DNA from: a virus
Lineage: Duplodnaviria > Caudoviricetes
Length of the DNA stretch: 36,429 nucleotides
Direction: 5' to 3' (one strand)
Virus record (IMG/VR): IMGVR_UViG_3300042347_000737
Span: 1-36,429 of that record
The notes beneath the pieces are model-generated. The model had not been told where the DNA came from. It saw only the letters and a list, made by a program, of their open reading frames with translations, and searched no databases. A program made the translations under genes and the position numbers. Of this stretch, positions 1 to 7,976 are shown piece by piece (position 1 is the stretch's first letter; each line of letters begins with the position of its first letter).

Positions 1-95
1 AATCTTTGCCGATTGCAGAAATTGGTTTCACACAGCCAAAGAAGAGGGAGGCCCATACACGGCATGGCGCGGGAAAAGAGAACCAGATGAAATTG
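1..95. repeat. Terminal direct repeat (identical to 36335-36429); circular-assembly overlap
   Basis: First 95 nt equal the last 95 nt; an ORF continues in frame across the join. Confidence 0.95.
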
Positions 96-127
96 CTGAG
101 GCCGCATTAAAGGAGGCCGCGAAATGA
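1..127 (+). CDS. 3' end of the hypothetical protein starting at 35862 (wraps the contig join)
   Basis: Frame continues ...REPDEIAEAALKEAAK* with TGA at 125-127 overlapping the next ATG (ATGA). Confidence 0.8.
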   Translation, partial: IFADCRNWFHTAKEEGGPYTAWRGKREPDEIAEAALKEAAK

Positions 128-402
128 GCGACCGACCGACACCAGAGACGGATGCCCACATTAAGGAATTGCAACGCAACCCCGAAATCAGCGGATGCAA
201 TCAAACGCTAAACTTCGTTCGCAAACTTGAGCGCGAGCGCGACGAGGCGCTGTTGCAGCTTGGGGCGATTCAATCGGCGTTTGCCGAGGAGCTGGATTTG
301 TCTTTTACGCCGACCGCGCCCGATGAAATGCGGCAGGCTTTACGCAGTCTGGTGGCGTGCGGCACCGCTTTGGCCAAGGCGATTGGGGAGGGCGCGAAAT
401 GA
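124..402 (+). CDS. Hypothetical protein with TPETD / RKLERERDEA module
   Basis: AAGGAGG SD upstream; ATGA coupling at both ends; motif shared with other early ORFs. Confidence 0.8.
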   Translation: MSDRPTPETDAHIKELQRNPEISGCNQTLNFVRKLERERDEALLQLGAIQSAFAEELDLSFTPTAPDEMRQALRSLVACGTALAKAIGEGAK

Positions 403-800
403 GCCGCGCCGCACGCGAAAAGGGCAAGCGTGGCGAACGTATGTTCCGCGACCTGTGCCGGGAGCAGGGGTTCCTTAAAACCGAGCGCACGGGCTGGCAT
501 CAGTCGTTCGCCGGCGACGCGGCGGCAGACGTGACGATCCCGGAGCTGCCGACGCTGTGGCCGGAGGTGAAGTTTGTGGAGAAGATCAACGTGCGGCAGG
601 CCTACGAGCAGGCCGAGCGCGCGGCGGCGATCGGGAAGACGCCAGCGGTGTTTCACAAGACGAGCAACAAGCCGTGGCTGGTCACCCTCGCGGCAGAGGA
701 TTTTTTCAGGATTTGCAGGCGGAGCGATTTGGTCGAGCGACCGGATGACGCCTCGAACAGCACGACGCCTGGTGCGCCGGACGTGCTGCCTAACAACTAA
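399..800 (+). CDS. Holliday junction resolvase-like PD-(D/E)XK nuclease
   Basis: KGKRGER N-terminus, AD..., EVK, VFHK...PWLV pattern typical of phage Hjc-like resolvases; ATG at 399 coupled to upstream stop. Confidence 0.75.
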   Translation: MSRAAREKGKRGERMFRDLCREQGFLKTERTGWHQSFAGDAAADVTIPELPTLWPEVKFVEKINVRQAYEQAERAAAIGKTPAVFHKTSNKPWLVTLAAEDFFRICRRSDLVERPDDASNSTTPGAPDVLPNN

Positions 801-824
801 GCACCTAGGAGAATAATAGAACAC

Positions 825-1355
825 ATGGCTAAGATACCACAATCAACGGGCAGCGGCCTCGGCGCGCTGGGGGAACCGCCACCGGCAGGGACTTACCTAG
901 CGGTCTGCGTGGACGTCATCGACCTCTACGGGGTGGACCGTCCGAAATACCAGTCCGAGGAGATGGAGAAGGTGGACGTGACGCGCTTTGTCTTCGGCGT
1001 GAAGACCAAGGCCGGCGCGTTGCACAAGATCGCCACGCGCGAGATGAAGATCACGGGCGGGCCGAAGGCGAACCTGACGAAGTTCATCAAGGGCTGGACG
1101 GGCGAGAATCCGAAGCCGGGCATGGACACGGCAGACCTCAAGGGCAAGGGCGCGCAAATCACGGTCACTGCGGAGGAATCCCGCAATGGCAAGACCTACA
1201 ACAACATCACGGGCATCGCGCCGGTGATGGAGGGGCTCGAGGACAAGGTGCCTGCGCTCAATGCGTTCGCCAATGTGGGCGGACAGTCGGCCAAGTCAGA
1301 TGATTCGGACTTGGAGTTCATCGGGGCGGCGAAGGACAGCGGCGATCCGTTCTGA
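825..1355 (+). CDS. Putative single-stranded DNA-binding protein
   Basis: PAGTYLAVCVDVIDL start, beta-rich core, acidic tail ending DSGDPF; lies in the recombination module. Confidence 0.55.
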   Translation: MAKIPQSTGSGLGALGEPPPAGTYLAVCVDVIDLYGVDRPKYQSEEMEKVDVTRFVFGVKTKAGALHKIATREMKITGGPKANLTKFIKGWTGENPKPGMDTADLKGKGAQITVTAEESRNGKTYNNITGIAPVMEGLEDKVPALNAFANVGGQSAKSDDSDLEFIGAAKDSGDPF

Positions 1356-1361
1356 AAAATA

Positions 1362-1417
1362 GGGGCGGGGAGGCAACGCGGCCAACTTTCGACGGGAAGC
1401 CGCAGCCCCTCCGCCCC
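1362..1417 (+). other. Long GC-rich intergenic hairpin
   Basis: GGGGCGGGGAGGC...GCCCCTCCGCCCC outer stem with inner GCGGC/GCCGC; no U-tract. Confidence 0.5.
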
Positions 1418-1435
1418 GCAACCTCTACGATTGCA

Positions 1436-2272
1436 ATGGCGATTATTACACGGCCTGCCTTAAACGGAAGCCACTGGTATTCCCTCGACGGGAAACCCTG
1501 CCACACCATCCGAACCAAGGATGGCAAAAGTGAGCGCAACACGACGCTGCGCGATGCGCGCACGCTCAATCTGTTGCCCTCGGTCACCAACATCATCGGC
1601 ATCTTGGACAAGCCGCAACTGACCAAGTGGAAGATGCGCGAGGTGGCCAAGGCGGCCATCGCCATCCCCGGGCCGCAAGGCGAGGAGCCGGTGGAGCGGT
1701 TTGCCGATCGCGCCATCGAGGCGGCCATGAGCCAGGTCTCGGACGCGGCTGACCTCGGCACGAAGATCCACAACGCCATCGAGAACCTCATGCGCGGTAG
1801 CGCCGAGGAGCCGAGCGCGGAGATGCAGCCTTACGTCAAGCCGGTCCTTGATTGGATGCGGAAGGTTGGCGTGAAGGTGACGCACTCGGAGATTGTCCTG
1901 GTCAATGCGGTGCATGGCTTCGCCGGCCGCGTGGATGCGCTCTTTACCTGGGGCGATAGCTTCGGGAAGATGGGCATCCTCGACTTCAAGACGAAGAAGA
2001 CCAAGCCGGACGAGAAGGTCGAAGCCTACGACGAGCACGTCCTCCAGCTCGCGGCCTACGCGGCGACGCACTACGGCGCGGAGCATTTGCAGCACGTTGT
2101 CGCGGCCAATCTCTTCATCAGCTCGACCGAACCCGGGCGCCTTGAGGTCGTGAAGCACGACAAGGCGCGGCTGGTCGAAGCCTACGAAGCCTTCACGCAA
2201 ATGTGCGCGATCTGGCGCTTCCGCAAGGGCTACGACCCGCGGCCGGATGCTCAGATGAAGGAGGCGGCATGA
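1436..2272 (+). CDS. PD-(D/E)XK family exonuclease (recombination)
   Basis: PSVTNII, GTKIH, FAGRVD, LDFKT and QLAAY motifs. Confidence 0.85.
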   Translation: MAIITRPALNGSHWYSLDGKPCHTIRTKDGKSERNTTLRDARTLNLLPSVTNIIGILDKPQLTKWKMREVAKAAIAIPGPQGEEPVERFADRAIEAAMSQVSDAADLGTKIHNAIENLMRGSAEEPSAEMQPYVKPVLDWMRKVGVKVTHSEIVLVNAVHGFAGRVDALFTWGDSFGKMGILDFKTKKTKPDEKVEAYDEHVLQLAAYAATHYGAEHLQHVVAANLFISSTEPGRLEVVKHDKARLVEAYEAFTQMCAIWRFRKGYDPRPDAQMKEAA

Positions 2273-2544
2273 GCGCGTGGATAAGCGTTCAAGACGATCT
2301 GCCGAAGGTCGGGCAGCCTGTGTGGATTCGCACCGTCGCGCGCGGGCGCGAGGACCGCGACTTCATTGGCATGGGCATGATGACAACCCAAGGCGGCGGC
2401 CCGCAGTGGGCCGATGTGCGCGATGAAGCGTGGTATGACGATCTGATCGGCGAGTGGCGCGCAGACATGGCGCTGGCCGAGGACAATCTAATTCCTACGC
2501 ACTGGATGGCGTTGCCGTTGCCACCGGGAAAGGAGGCACAATGA
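2269..2544 (+). CDS. DUF551-like protein
   Basis: MSAWISVQDDLP start and PTHWMALPLPP end; SD AAGGAGG. Confidence 0.75.
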   Translation: MSAWISVQDDLPKVGQPVWIRTVARGREDRDFIGMGMMTTQGGGPQWADVRDEAWYDDLIGEWRADMALAEDNLIPTHWMALPLPPGKEAQ

Positions 2545-2735
2545 GCAGCCGCGCCCTAACCCTCAACAGCCCGCTCCTGCGTCTCGCCAAAGAACGCAAC
2601 GAGGCCCGCGAATTGTGCAAGCGGCTCTTCTACTGCCTGCCCGCGCAGGGCGGCGAGAAGGACGAGGAGGCGATCAACACGGCCTACTACGAGTATCTTG
2701 AGGCTTCCAGGCGGTGGAAGGGGGGCGAACAATGA
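2541..2735 (+). CDS. Hypothetical protein with KERNEARE module
   Basis: SD AAGGAGG; ATGA coupling. Confidence 0.7.
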   Translation: MSSRALTLNSPLLRLAKERNEARELCKRLFYCLPAQGGEKDEEAINTAYYEYLEASRRWKGGEQ

Positions 2736-2953
2736 GTGAGTGGATACCCGCCGACAAGGAACTGCCGGGCAATCCGCGGTGCGTGCTGGCGACCGACATG
2801 GAGGCGCACTACATCGCGGTTTGCGAAGGCGCTGGCGATCTTAGAAACCAACCGCCGAGCGATAAGCGCAAATGGGTCGAAGCGTTTACGGGCGAGGAGA
2901 TCGATTCGGTCATCACGCACTGGATGGAACTACCGGAGGTGCCAAATGAATAA
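2732..2953 (+). CDS. DUF551-like protein (second copy)
   Basis: MSEWIPADKELP start and ITHWMELPEVP end. Confidence 0.75.
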   Translation: MSEWIPADKELPGNPRCVLATDMEAHYIAVCEGAGDLRNQPPSDKRKWVEAFTGEEIDSVITHWMELPEVPNE

Positions 2954-3140
2954 TGGCTGGGCATACAACCCGAACCGCTACCTCTGGAACAACCACGGAT
3001 GGTGGTGGATGCGCGCGCAGCCTTACAACCCGCAGCGCACCGAACGCCTTACGTTCAACCTCAAGACCCGCGACCTCGAGGAGGCGCGGCGGAAGCGGGA
3101 TGAGATGATTGCGGTCAATGAGTGGAGGTTCAGCCGATGA
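2946..3140 (+). CDS. Small Trp-rich protein, possibly an arm-type DNA-binding domain
   Basis: MNNGWAYNPNRYLWNNHGWWW...LKTRDLEEARRKRD; the LxTxDxxEA pattern resembles integrase N-terminal domains. Confidence 0.55.
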   Translation: MNNGWAYNPNRYLWNNHGWWWMRAQPYNPQRTERLTFNLKTRDLEEARRKRDEMIAVNEWRFSR

Positions 3141-3385
3141 TCGACACGCCCGAAACAGACAGTCACCCGCTATGGCACGGTGAGCCGGCCGTTCACATTG
3201 ATTTTGCCAGGAAGTTGGAGCGCGAACGAAATGCCGCTGAAGACGAGCGCGTGAACATGGCAAAGCAGTTGCGAAGCGAAAAAGAAATGCACGCACATTG
3301 CCAAAACAGGCTTGATGCCGCCCAAAGACTGCTCCGCGAAATGCAATCGGCCCTCAAGCTGGCCGTGGATGAATTACGAAAATGA
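3137..3385 (+). CDS. Hypothetical coiled-coil protein with TPETD / DFARKLERER module
   Basis: GGAGG SD; ATGA coupling; motif shared with ORFs at 124 and 35862. Confidence 0.75.
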   Translation: MIDTPETDSHPLWHGEPAVHIDFARKLERERNAAEDERVNMAKQLRSEKEMHAHCQNRLDAAQRLLREMQSALKLAVDELRK

Positions 3386-3576
3386 GCGAGACATACACAA
3401 ATTTGCAAAACGCATTATTAAGCGTTGAGCTTGCCCAGCGCGACCTTGCTCATGCTTGGAACGCTTGGGAGAGCGGCGAATGGCGAGAGTTTTTGATGCG
3501 CGTAAAGTGGGCGCACGGGCAGCTTCAATCGGCTGTAGCGCGGCTGGAAGAAGAGAAGGAGCCAGAGAAAAGATGA
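3382..3576 (+). CDS. Hypothetical protein
   Basis: ATGA coupling at both ends. Confidence 0.65.
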   Translation: MSETYTNLQNALLSVELAQRDLAHAWNAWESGEWREFLMRVKWAHGQLQSAVARLEEEKEPEKR

Positions 3577-3830
3577 GCAAGGGTGACATTTTATACTCAA
3601 TCAAACGGGATCTAACCCTAACGGATGCGCTGGAGCTTTGGGAAAATGCCCGCAACGAGAGCAGGGCTTACAGGCTTTTGGCAATAGAGCTTGCCAAAGA
3701 GCTTATGCAAAAGTGCGGCTCAGATATGCACAGGAAGCAAGTTGCTGATCTTGAAGCAATTGATCCGAGTTGGACAACAATTCCCGGCGAAATGTGCACG
3801 ACGCCAATTAAGAGGTGCAATCATTTATGA
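3573..3830 (+). CDS. Hypothetical protein
   Basis: ATG at 3573 overlaps upstream TGA; its stop overlaps the next ATG. Confidence 0.6.
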   Translation: MSKGDILYSIKRDLTLTDALELWENARNESRAYRLLAIELAKELMQKCGSDMHRKQVADLEAIDPSWTTIPGEMCTTPIKRCNHL

Positions 3831-4426
3831 GCGCAAAAGAATCACGCATCGCGCGATTGCTCCGCTGGCGCGCAAACAATCCAGATACATACGAAGAGGT
3901 GCGACTCAAAGCCGTGCGCGAGTCGGAGCGCATCAAGCAAGCCGCCCGCGAGGTGGCGCGTGAATATGCCGAAAAGGCTAAAGCGACAAAGCGGAAGATG
4001 CCGATGTATCAAAAAGGCGAGCAGCACGTTCGCGCATCGGTTTGGCGGTTTCGCTCGCCCACAAACACGATTTACGAGTTTAAGAACCTGGCCGAATTTC
4101 TGCGGCGGCATGGCAATCTATTTGCCGTCGAGGATTTGAATTGGCAGCGCGTTGGCACGACCGAGATTTGCCGTGCTTACAAGGGTCTGGCGGCGTTGCG
4201 GCCCTATCTGGCTGACGGGACGCCGCGCAAGCGGGTCGAGGGATCGTGGAAGGGCTGGCGGTGGTTGGGCAGCAGGGGCGTGGAGGAGCGCAACGAGGCG
4301 CGGGAGATGGTGAAGCGGCTCCTTTATTCGGTGGCGTTGTCGAACGACAGCATCGAGCGGGATGACGCGCTATTGGAGGCGTTTCGCGCGACACGCCAAT
4401 GGAAGGAGGCCGGCCATGTGGGATGA
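3827..4426 (+). CDS. Basic putative DNA-binding protein with C-terminal ERNEARE module
   Basis: WRFRSPTNTIYEFKNLAEFLRRH...SWKGW resembles homing-endonuclease-associated DNA-binding modules; no nuclease motif seen. Confidence 0.55.
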   Translation: MSAKESRIARLLRWRANNPDTYEEVRLKAVRESERIKQAAREVAREYAEKAKATKRKMPMYQKGEQHVRASVWRFRSPTNTIYEFKNLAEFLRRHGNLFAVEDLNWQRVGTTEICRAYKGLAALRPYLADGTPRKRVEGSWKGWRWLGSRGVEERNEAREMVKRLLYSVALSNDSIERDDALLEAFRATRQWKEAGHVG

Positions 4427-4556
4427 CGACTATGACGATCGGTGCGAGGACGAGCGCCGGGAGGCGGCGATTGCGGACAGACATGCCGATGGTTGCATGG
4501 AGTCGTTCGGCGTGCCGTACGACCCCTATGATGACGGTGACGAGGAGGACGCATGA
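4416..4556 (+). CDS. Very acidic 46-aa protein
   Basis: AAGGAGG SD before ATG 4416; 19 of 46 residues are D/E; stop overlaps the MTase ATG. Confidence 0.65.
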   Translation: MWDDDYDDRCEDERREAAIADRHADGCMESFGVPYDPYDDGDEEDA

Positions 4557-5539
4557 GCTATGTGGATTCTCCCTCGCCAATTACACACGTCTCCCTTTGT
4601 GCCGGCTACGGAGGCATTGATCTCGGACTCCACCGAGCTGTCCGAAATCTGCGCACAATCGCTGTTAGCGAGATCGAAGCCTTCGCCTGCGCGAACTTGG
4701 TCGCAAAGATGGAAGCGGGACTCTTGGACCCGGCACCTATCTGGACGGATCTTAAAACCTTCCCATGGTCAGACTTTCGTGACCGCGTGGACATCCTCTC
4801 TGGCGGCTACCCGTGTCAGCCATTCAGCGCAGCCGGCAAGCGACTCGGCGCCGAAGACCCACGACACCTCTGGCCGTTTATCGCAGCCGGAATTGCTGCA
4901 ATGCGACCAGGTGTCTGTTTCTTTGAAAACGTCGAGGGACATATCAGCCTTGGGCTACCCGACGTGCTGCAAGACTTGGCAGGACTGGGTTACCGAGCGA
5001 CGTGGGGAATTTTCTCAGCGTCTGAAGTCGGCGCGCCGCATCAGAGGAAAAGAATCTTCATCTTGGCCCACGATCAGAGCCTCGGAATACAAGGACGTTG
5101 GCCCAGTTGGATCGAAGAGTCACGACCACATGCTGGGCAAGCACTACCTGTGCGCGGTGGTGACGCAGGAGGAGATCAATGGCCAAGCCGCCCCGGCGAG
5201 CAGCAGTTCGCTTGGGAGCCGCCAAGGGTTGTGGTTGACGCCAAGAGCCAACGAGCAGGCGCACTGGGGCACCCTAACAGCCCGCGACCACAAGAGCGGC
5301 CGAGGCAACAACGAGCGGGAATACAAGGAGCTGACGCCGATGGTGGAGAGGCAGCAGAGCGGCAAACTCAACCCCCGCTGGGTGGAAACCCTAATGGGCC
5401 TGCCGATTGGCTGGACCATGCCGAGCTGTATACGACCTGTGACAATCGCACCGACGAGCTGCGACTCCTCGGCAACGGAGTCGTCCCGGCCACCGCAGAG
5501 CGAGCGTTCCGAATTTTAATTCAGGAATTGATGAGATGA
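4553..5539 (+). CDS. C5-cytosine DNA methyltransferase, alpha-type polypeptide (motifs I-VIII and X)
   Basis: SLCAGYGG (I), GGYPCQPFS (IV), FENVEG (VI), PHQRKRIFI (VIII), LRLLGNGVV (X); no motif IX seen in this frame. Confidence 0.9.
   Translation: MSYVDSPSPITHVSLCAGYGGIDLGLHRAVRNLRTIAVSEIEAFACANLVAKMEAGLLDPAPIWTDLKTFPWSDFRDRVDILSGGYPCQPFSAAGKRLGAEDPRHLWPFIAAGIAAMRPGVCFFENVEGHISLGLPDVLQDLAGLGYRATWGIFSASEVGAPHQRKRIFILAHDQSLGIQGRWPSWIEESRPHAGQALPVRGGDAGGDQWPSRPGEQQFAWEPPRVVVDAKSQRAGALGHPNSPRPQERPRQQRAGIQGADADGGEAAERQTQPPLGGNPNGPADWLDHAELYTTCDNRTDELRLLGNGVVPATAERAFRILIQELMR
4560..5519 (+). CDS. Overlapping-frame MTase beta-type polypeptide (TRD-like repeats and motif IX)
   Basis: 319-codon +1 frame containing WPTIRASEYKD, WLTPRANE, WGTLTARDHKSG and GKLNPRWVETLMGLPIGWT; true start uncertain. 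Confidence 0.65.
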   Translation: MWILPRQLHTSPFVPATEALISDSTELSEICAQSLLARSKPSPARTWSQRWKRDSWTRHLSGRILKPSHGQTFVTAWTSSLAATRVSHSAQPASDSAPKTHDTSGRLSQPELLQCDQVSVSLKTSRDISALGYPTCCKTWQDWVTERRGEFSQRLKSARRIRGKESSSWPTIRASEYKDVGPVGSKSHDHMLGKHYLCAVVTQEEINGQAAPASSSSLGSRQGLWLTPRANEQAHWGTLTARDHKSGRGNNEREYKELTPMVERQQSGKLNPRWVETLMGLPIGWTMPSCIRPVTIAPTSCDSSATESSRPPQSERSEF

Positions 5540-6420
5540 GCAAATTCCTCGCATGGTGCCGCAACCCGAACAAGCGCAAGCGGACGGTGACGAGTCTGCA
5601 CGGTCAGATTTATCACTGGGCTTGCTTGCTGCGGGACGATGGCGTCTCGCACCCGCGCGCCTACCGCATCATCCGGCAGATGGTGGATGCGGTGCGGGAG
5701 GACAATGGCCGCTTCACGCCGGATCGGGAGATTCTCTCGGCGATTCAATATGCGTATGAGGTCACACCGACCACGGGGACACCGCGGGCGCGGCCTTGGC
5801 CGGTGCCGAACAGGACGCTCCAGGCGGAGTGCAAGCGGCTCTCGGCGCGGCGCGGCTGGAATCTGGAGTCGCTGCGGGAGGCGTCGGCGCTGACGGTGCA
5901 GGATGCGATGGATGCCGACCCGTGGTTTTATCTGGCGGCGATGGTCGGCCAAGGGGCGCTGGTTTGTATCGGGCAGGGGGTGGCGAAGTTTGAGACGTTG
6001 CCGCTGGAGGAGGTGCGGTCGCAGTTGCACCTGTGGGAGTTTGTCGTGCCGAATGCAATGTCGGCCCTCGAGGGCAAGCGGAAGTCGGACGGGGAGATGT
6101 CGGCGCACACGCTGGATAACACGGGGCCACGGCAGAATATCGTGGTGGAGTTCGACGACGGGGCCAGCCTCGATGAGCAGGCGGCGCGGCATATTTGGCT
6201 CTCGGAGTTCCGGCAACTGCGGCTGGTGGTCTTCAGTGGCTCGAAGTCACTCCACGGCTGGTATGTGGCGACGGATGAGGCGGAGGATCGGAAGTTTATG
6301 GAGGAGGCGGTGCGCCTGGGCGGCGACCCGAAGACGTGGCTGCGATCACAATTTGTCCGCATGCCCAATGGGCAGCGGGAGGATGGAACAATTCAACGAG
6401 TGGAGTTTTTCGATGCGTAA
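5536..6420 (+). CDS. Primase (AEP/RepB-like primase-polymerase)
   Basis: VVEFDD, SGSKSLHGWY and VRMP motifs; directly upstream of the helicase. Confidence 0.7.
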   Translation: MSKFLAWCRNPNKRKRTVTSLHGQIYHWACLLRDDGVSHPRAYRIIRQMVDAVREDNGRFTPDREILSAIQYAYEVTPTTGTPRARPWPVPNRTLQAECKRLSARRGWNLESLREASALTVQDAMDADPWFYLAAMVGQGALVCIGQGVAKFETLPLEEVRSQLHLWEFVVPNAMSALEGKRKSDGEMSAHTLDNTGPRQNIVVEFDDGASLDEQAARHIWLSEFRQLRLVVFSGSKSLHGWYVATDEAEDRKFMEEAVRLGGDPKTWLRSQFVRMPNGQREDGTIQRVEFFDA

Positions 6421-7642
6421 GATTCACAAAGCACAACCGGCCGGCGAAGCGGCCTTCATGGAGACGCGTGAGATGGACGAGGGGCAGGCGCCGAACGTCC
6501 ACGCGCTACGGGTGGCGGATGATCCGCCGGAGTCGGATGCGTTGCCGCCGTGGGTGGATGGCAATGAGTTGATCGGCTATGAGGCGGAAGCCCCAGAGGT
6601 GCTGATCTGCGGCCCAGATGGTGACGAGGAGGGCGCGGTGCTGCGGCTCGGCTCGAAGCTGGTGGTTGGTGGCGGCTCGAAGATGGGCAAGACGTGGTGT
6701 CTGGTCGATCTGGCCCTTGCCGTGGCTTCAGGCGGCAAGTGGCTGGGGCATTTCCAGTGCAAGCAGGGCACCGTCTTGTATGTGAATCTGGAGCTGCGAA
6801 GACATACCGCAGGCCGACGGGTGCGGTGGATCGCGGAGAAGCGCGGGCTGACGAAGGGGACGGGTATCCGGCCGGAGGTGAGCGCGGCGATCAAGACATG
6901 GAATCTTCGAGGCCAGTGCTATGACCTGGTGACGATGCTGGCGACGGCGCGGATGCGGCTAAAGGAACCGGACGCGCCGAAGTTTTCGCTCATTATCCTC
7001 GACCCGATTTACAAGACTTACGGGGACAAGGACGAGAACTCGGCCGGCGATATGGCGGCGTTGATGCTGGAAATCGAGCGGTTTGCCGATGAATGCAATG
7101 CGGCGATTGCCTTTGCGGCCCACTTCAGCAAGGGCAACCAGTCGGGCAAGGAGGCGATGGACCGCATCAGCGGCTCGGGCGTGATGGCGCGCGATCCGGA
7201 CGCGATCATGACGTTCACCAACCACGAGGAGGAGGATTGCTACACGCTGGACGCGATCCTGCGGGAGTTTGCCCCGATTCCGCCTCTCGTCCTGCAATGG
7301 GAGGCTCCGGTGATGAATCCTCGCACGGATCTCGACCCGGCCAAACTGCGGCAGGCGGGCAAGATGGCCATCAGCAAGGCTCCCGAACGCGCGGAGGCGG
7401 TGCGGAAGGCTCTGGAGGCCAACGGGAGCGAATTGCCAAGCCGTGCGGCCCTGACGCTGGCCATCAAGGCCAGCGGGAAATTTCCCGATAATTCGGACAT
7501 TGCGGCATGGCGAAAGTGCCTCAAAGACCACCCGCAGGCGTTGGCCGATATGGGCGTGGAAGTGGCCCCAACGGCCAATGGAAAAGACCCGATTTGGCGG
7601 CTGAAAACGGCCGATAGAAAGCCCTCAAATGACCCCTTCTAA
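6413..7642 (+). CDS. AAA/RecA-fold replicative helicase (RepA/AAA_25-like)
   Basis: Walker A GGSKMGKT, LYVNLE, Walker B IILDPIY, DENSA, AHFSKG, SGSG; start taken at ATG 6413. Confidence 0.85.
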   Translation: MRKIHKAQPAGEAAFMETREMDEGQAPNVHALRVADDPPESDALPPWVDGNELIGYEAEAPEVLICGPDGDEEGAVLRLGSKLVVGGGSKMGKTWCLVDLALAVASGGKWLGHFQCKQGTVLYVNLELRRHTAGRRVRWIAEKRGLTKGTGIRPEVSAAIKTWNLRGQCYDLVTMLATARMRLKEPDAPKFSLIILDPIYKTYGDKDENSAGDMAALMLEIERFADECNAAIAFAAHFSKGNQSGKEAMDRISGSGVMARDPDAIMTFTNHEEEDCYTLDAILREFAPIPPLVLQWEAPVMNPRTDLDPAKLRQAGKMAISKAPERAEAVRKALEANGSELPSRAALTLAIKASGKFPDNSDIAAWRKCLKDHPQALADMGVEVAPTANGKDPIWRLKTADRKPSNDPF

Positions 7643-7778
7643 CCCCCTCAGACCCACCCCCTACGACCCTTATAGTAATAAGTATGGGGTAGGGGTTCCC
7701 GTAAGACCAAGGACGGACTGTCCAAAAGTCCAGTCCGCCCAAGGTCTGAAGGGCGGAACCACTTTGGAGCAATAGACG

Positions 7779-7976
7779 ATGAAAAAACGCCGAAAATTGA
7801 AGCTCTCCGAACTGCGTAGCGGCCAACCCATTTTGAGCTACGGCCAACCGGCAAACTGGCTGATTGAGGCCGTCGGCCATGATGTTGCAAATGCGGCCGA
7901 ATTGTTCGACGCGCCAACCGTCGAGCTGCTGCCCGAAGGCGTGACGATCCGGCTGACGGACGGGAGGGCGGCATGA
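7779..7976 (+). CDS. Hypothetical protein
   Basis: GGAG upstream; stop coupled to the next ATG. Confidence 0.55.
   Translation: MKKRRKLKLSELRSGQPILSYGQPANWLIEAVGHDVANAAELFDAPTVELLPEGVTIRLTDGRAA

Noticed and set aside
1-95. Terminal repeat as a biological DTR
   Set aside because: It falls mid-ORF and has k-mer-like length; a lambda gpA-type terminase suggests cos ends elsewhere, so it is treated as an assembly overlap
5903-6412. N-terminal extension of the helicase ORF or a primase-helicase frameshift fusion
   Set aside because: Arg/Trp-rich shadow translation overlapping the primase; ATG 6413 overlaps the primase end normally; no convincing slippery site
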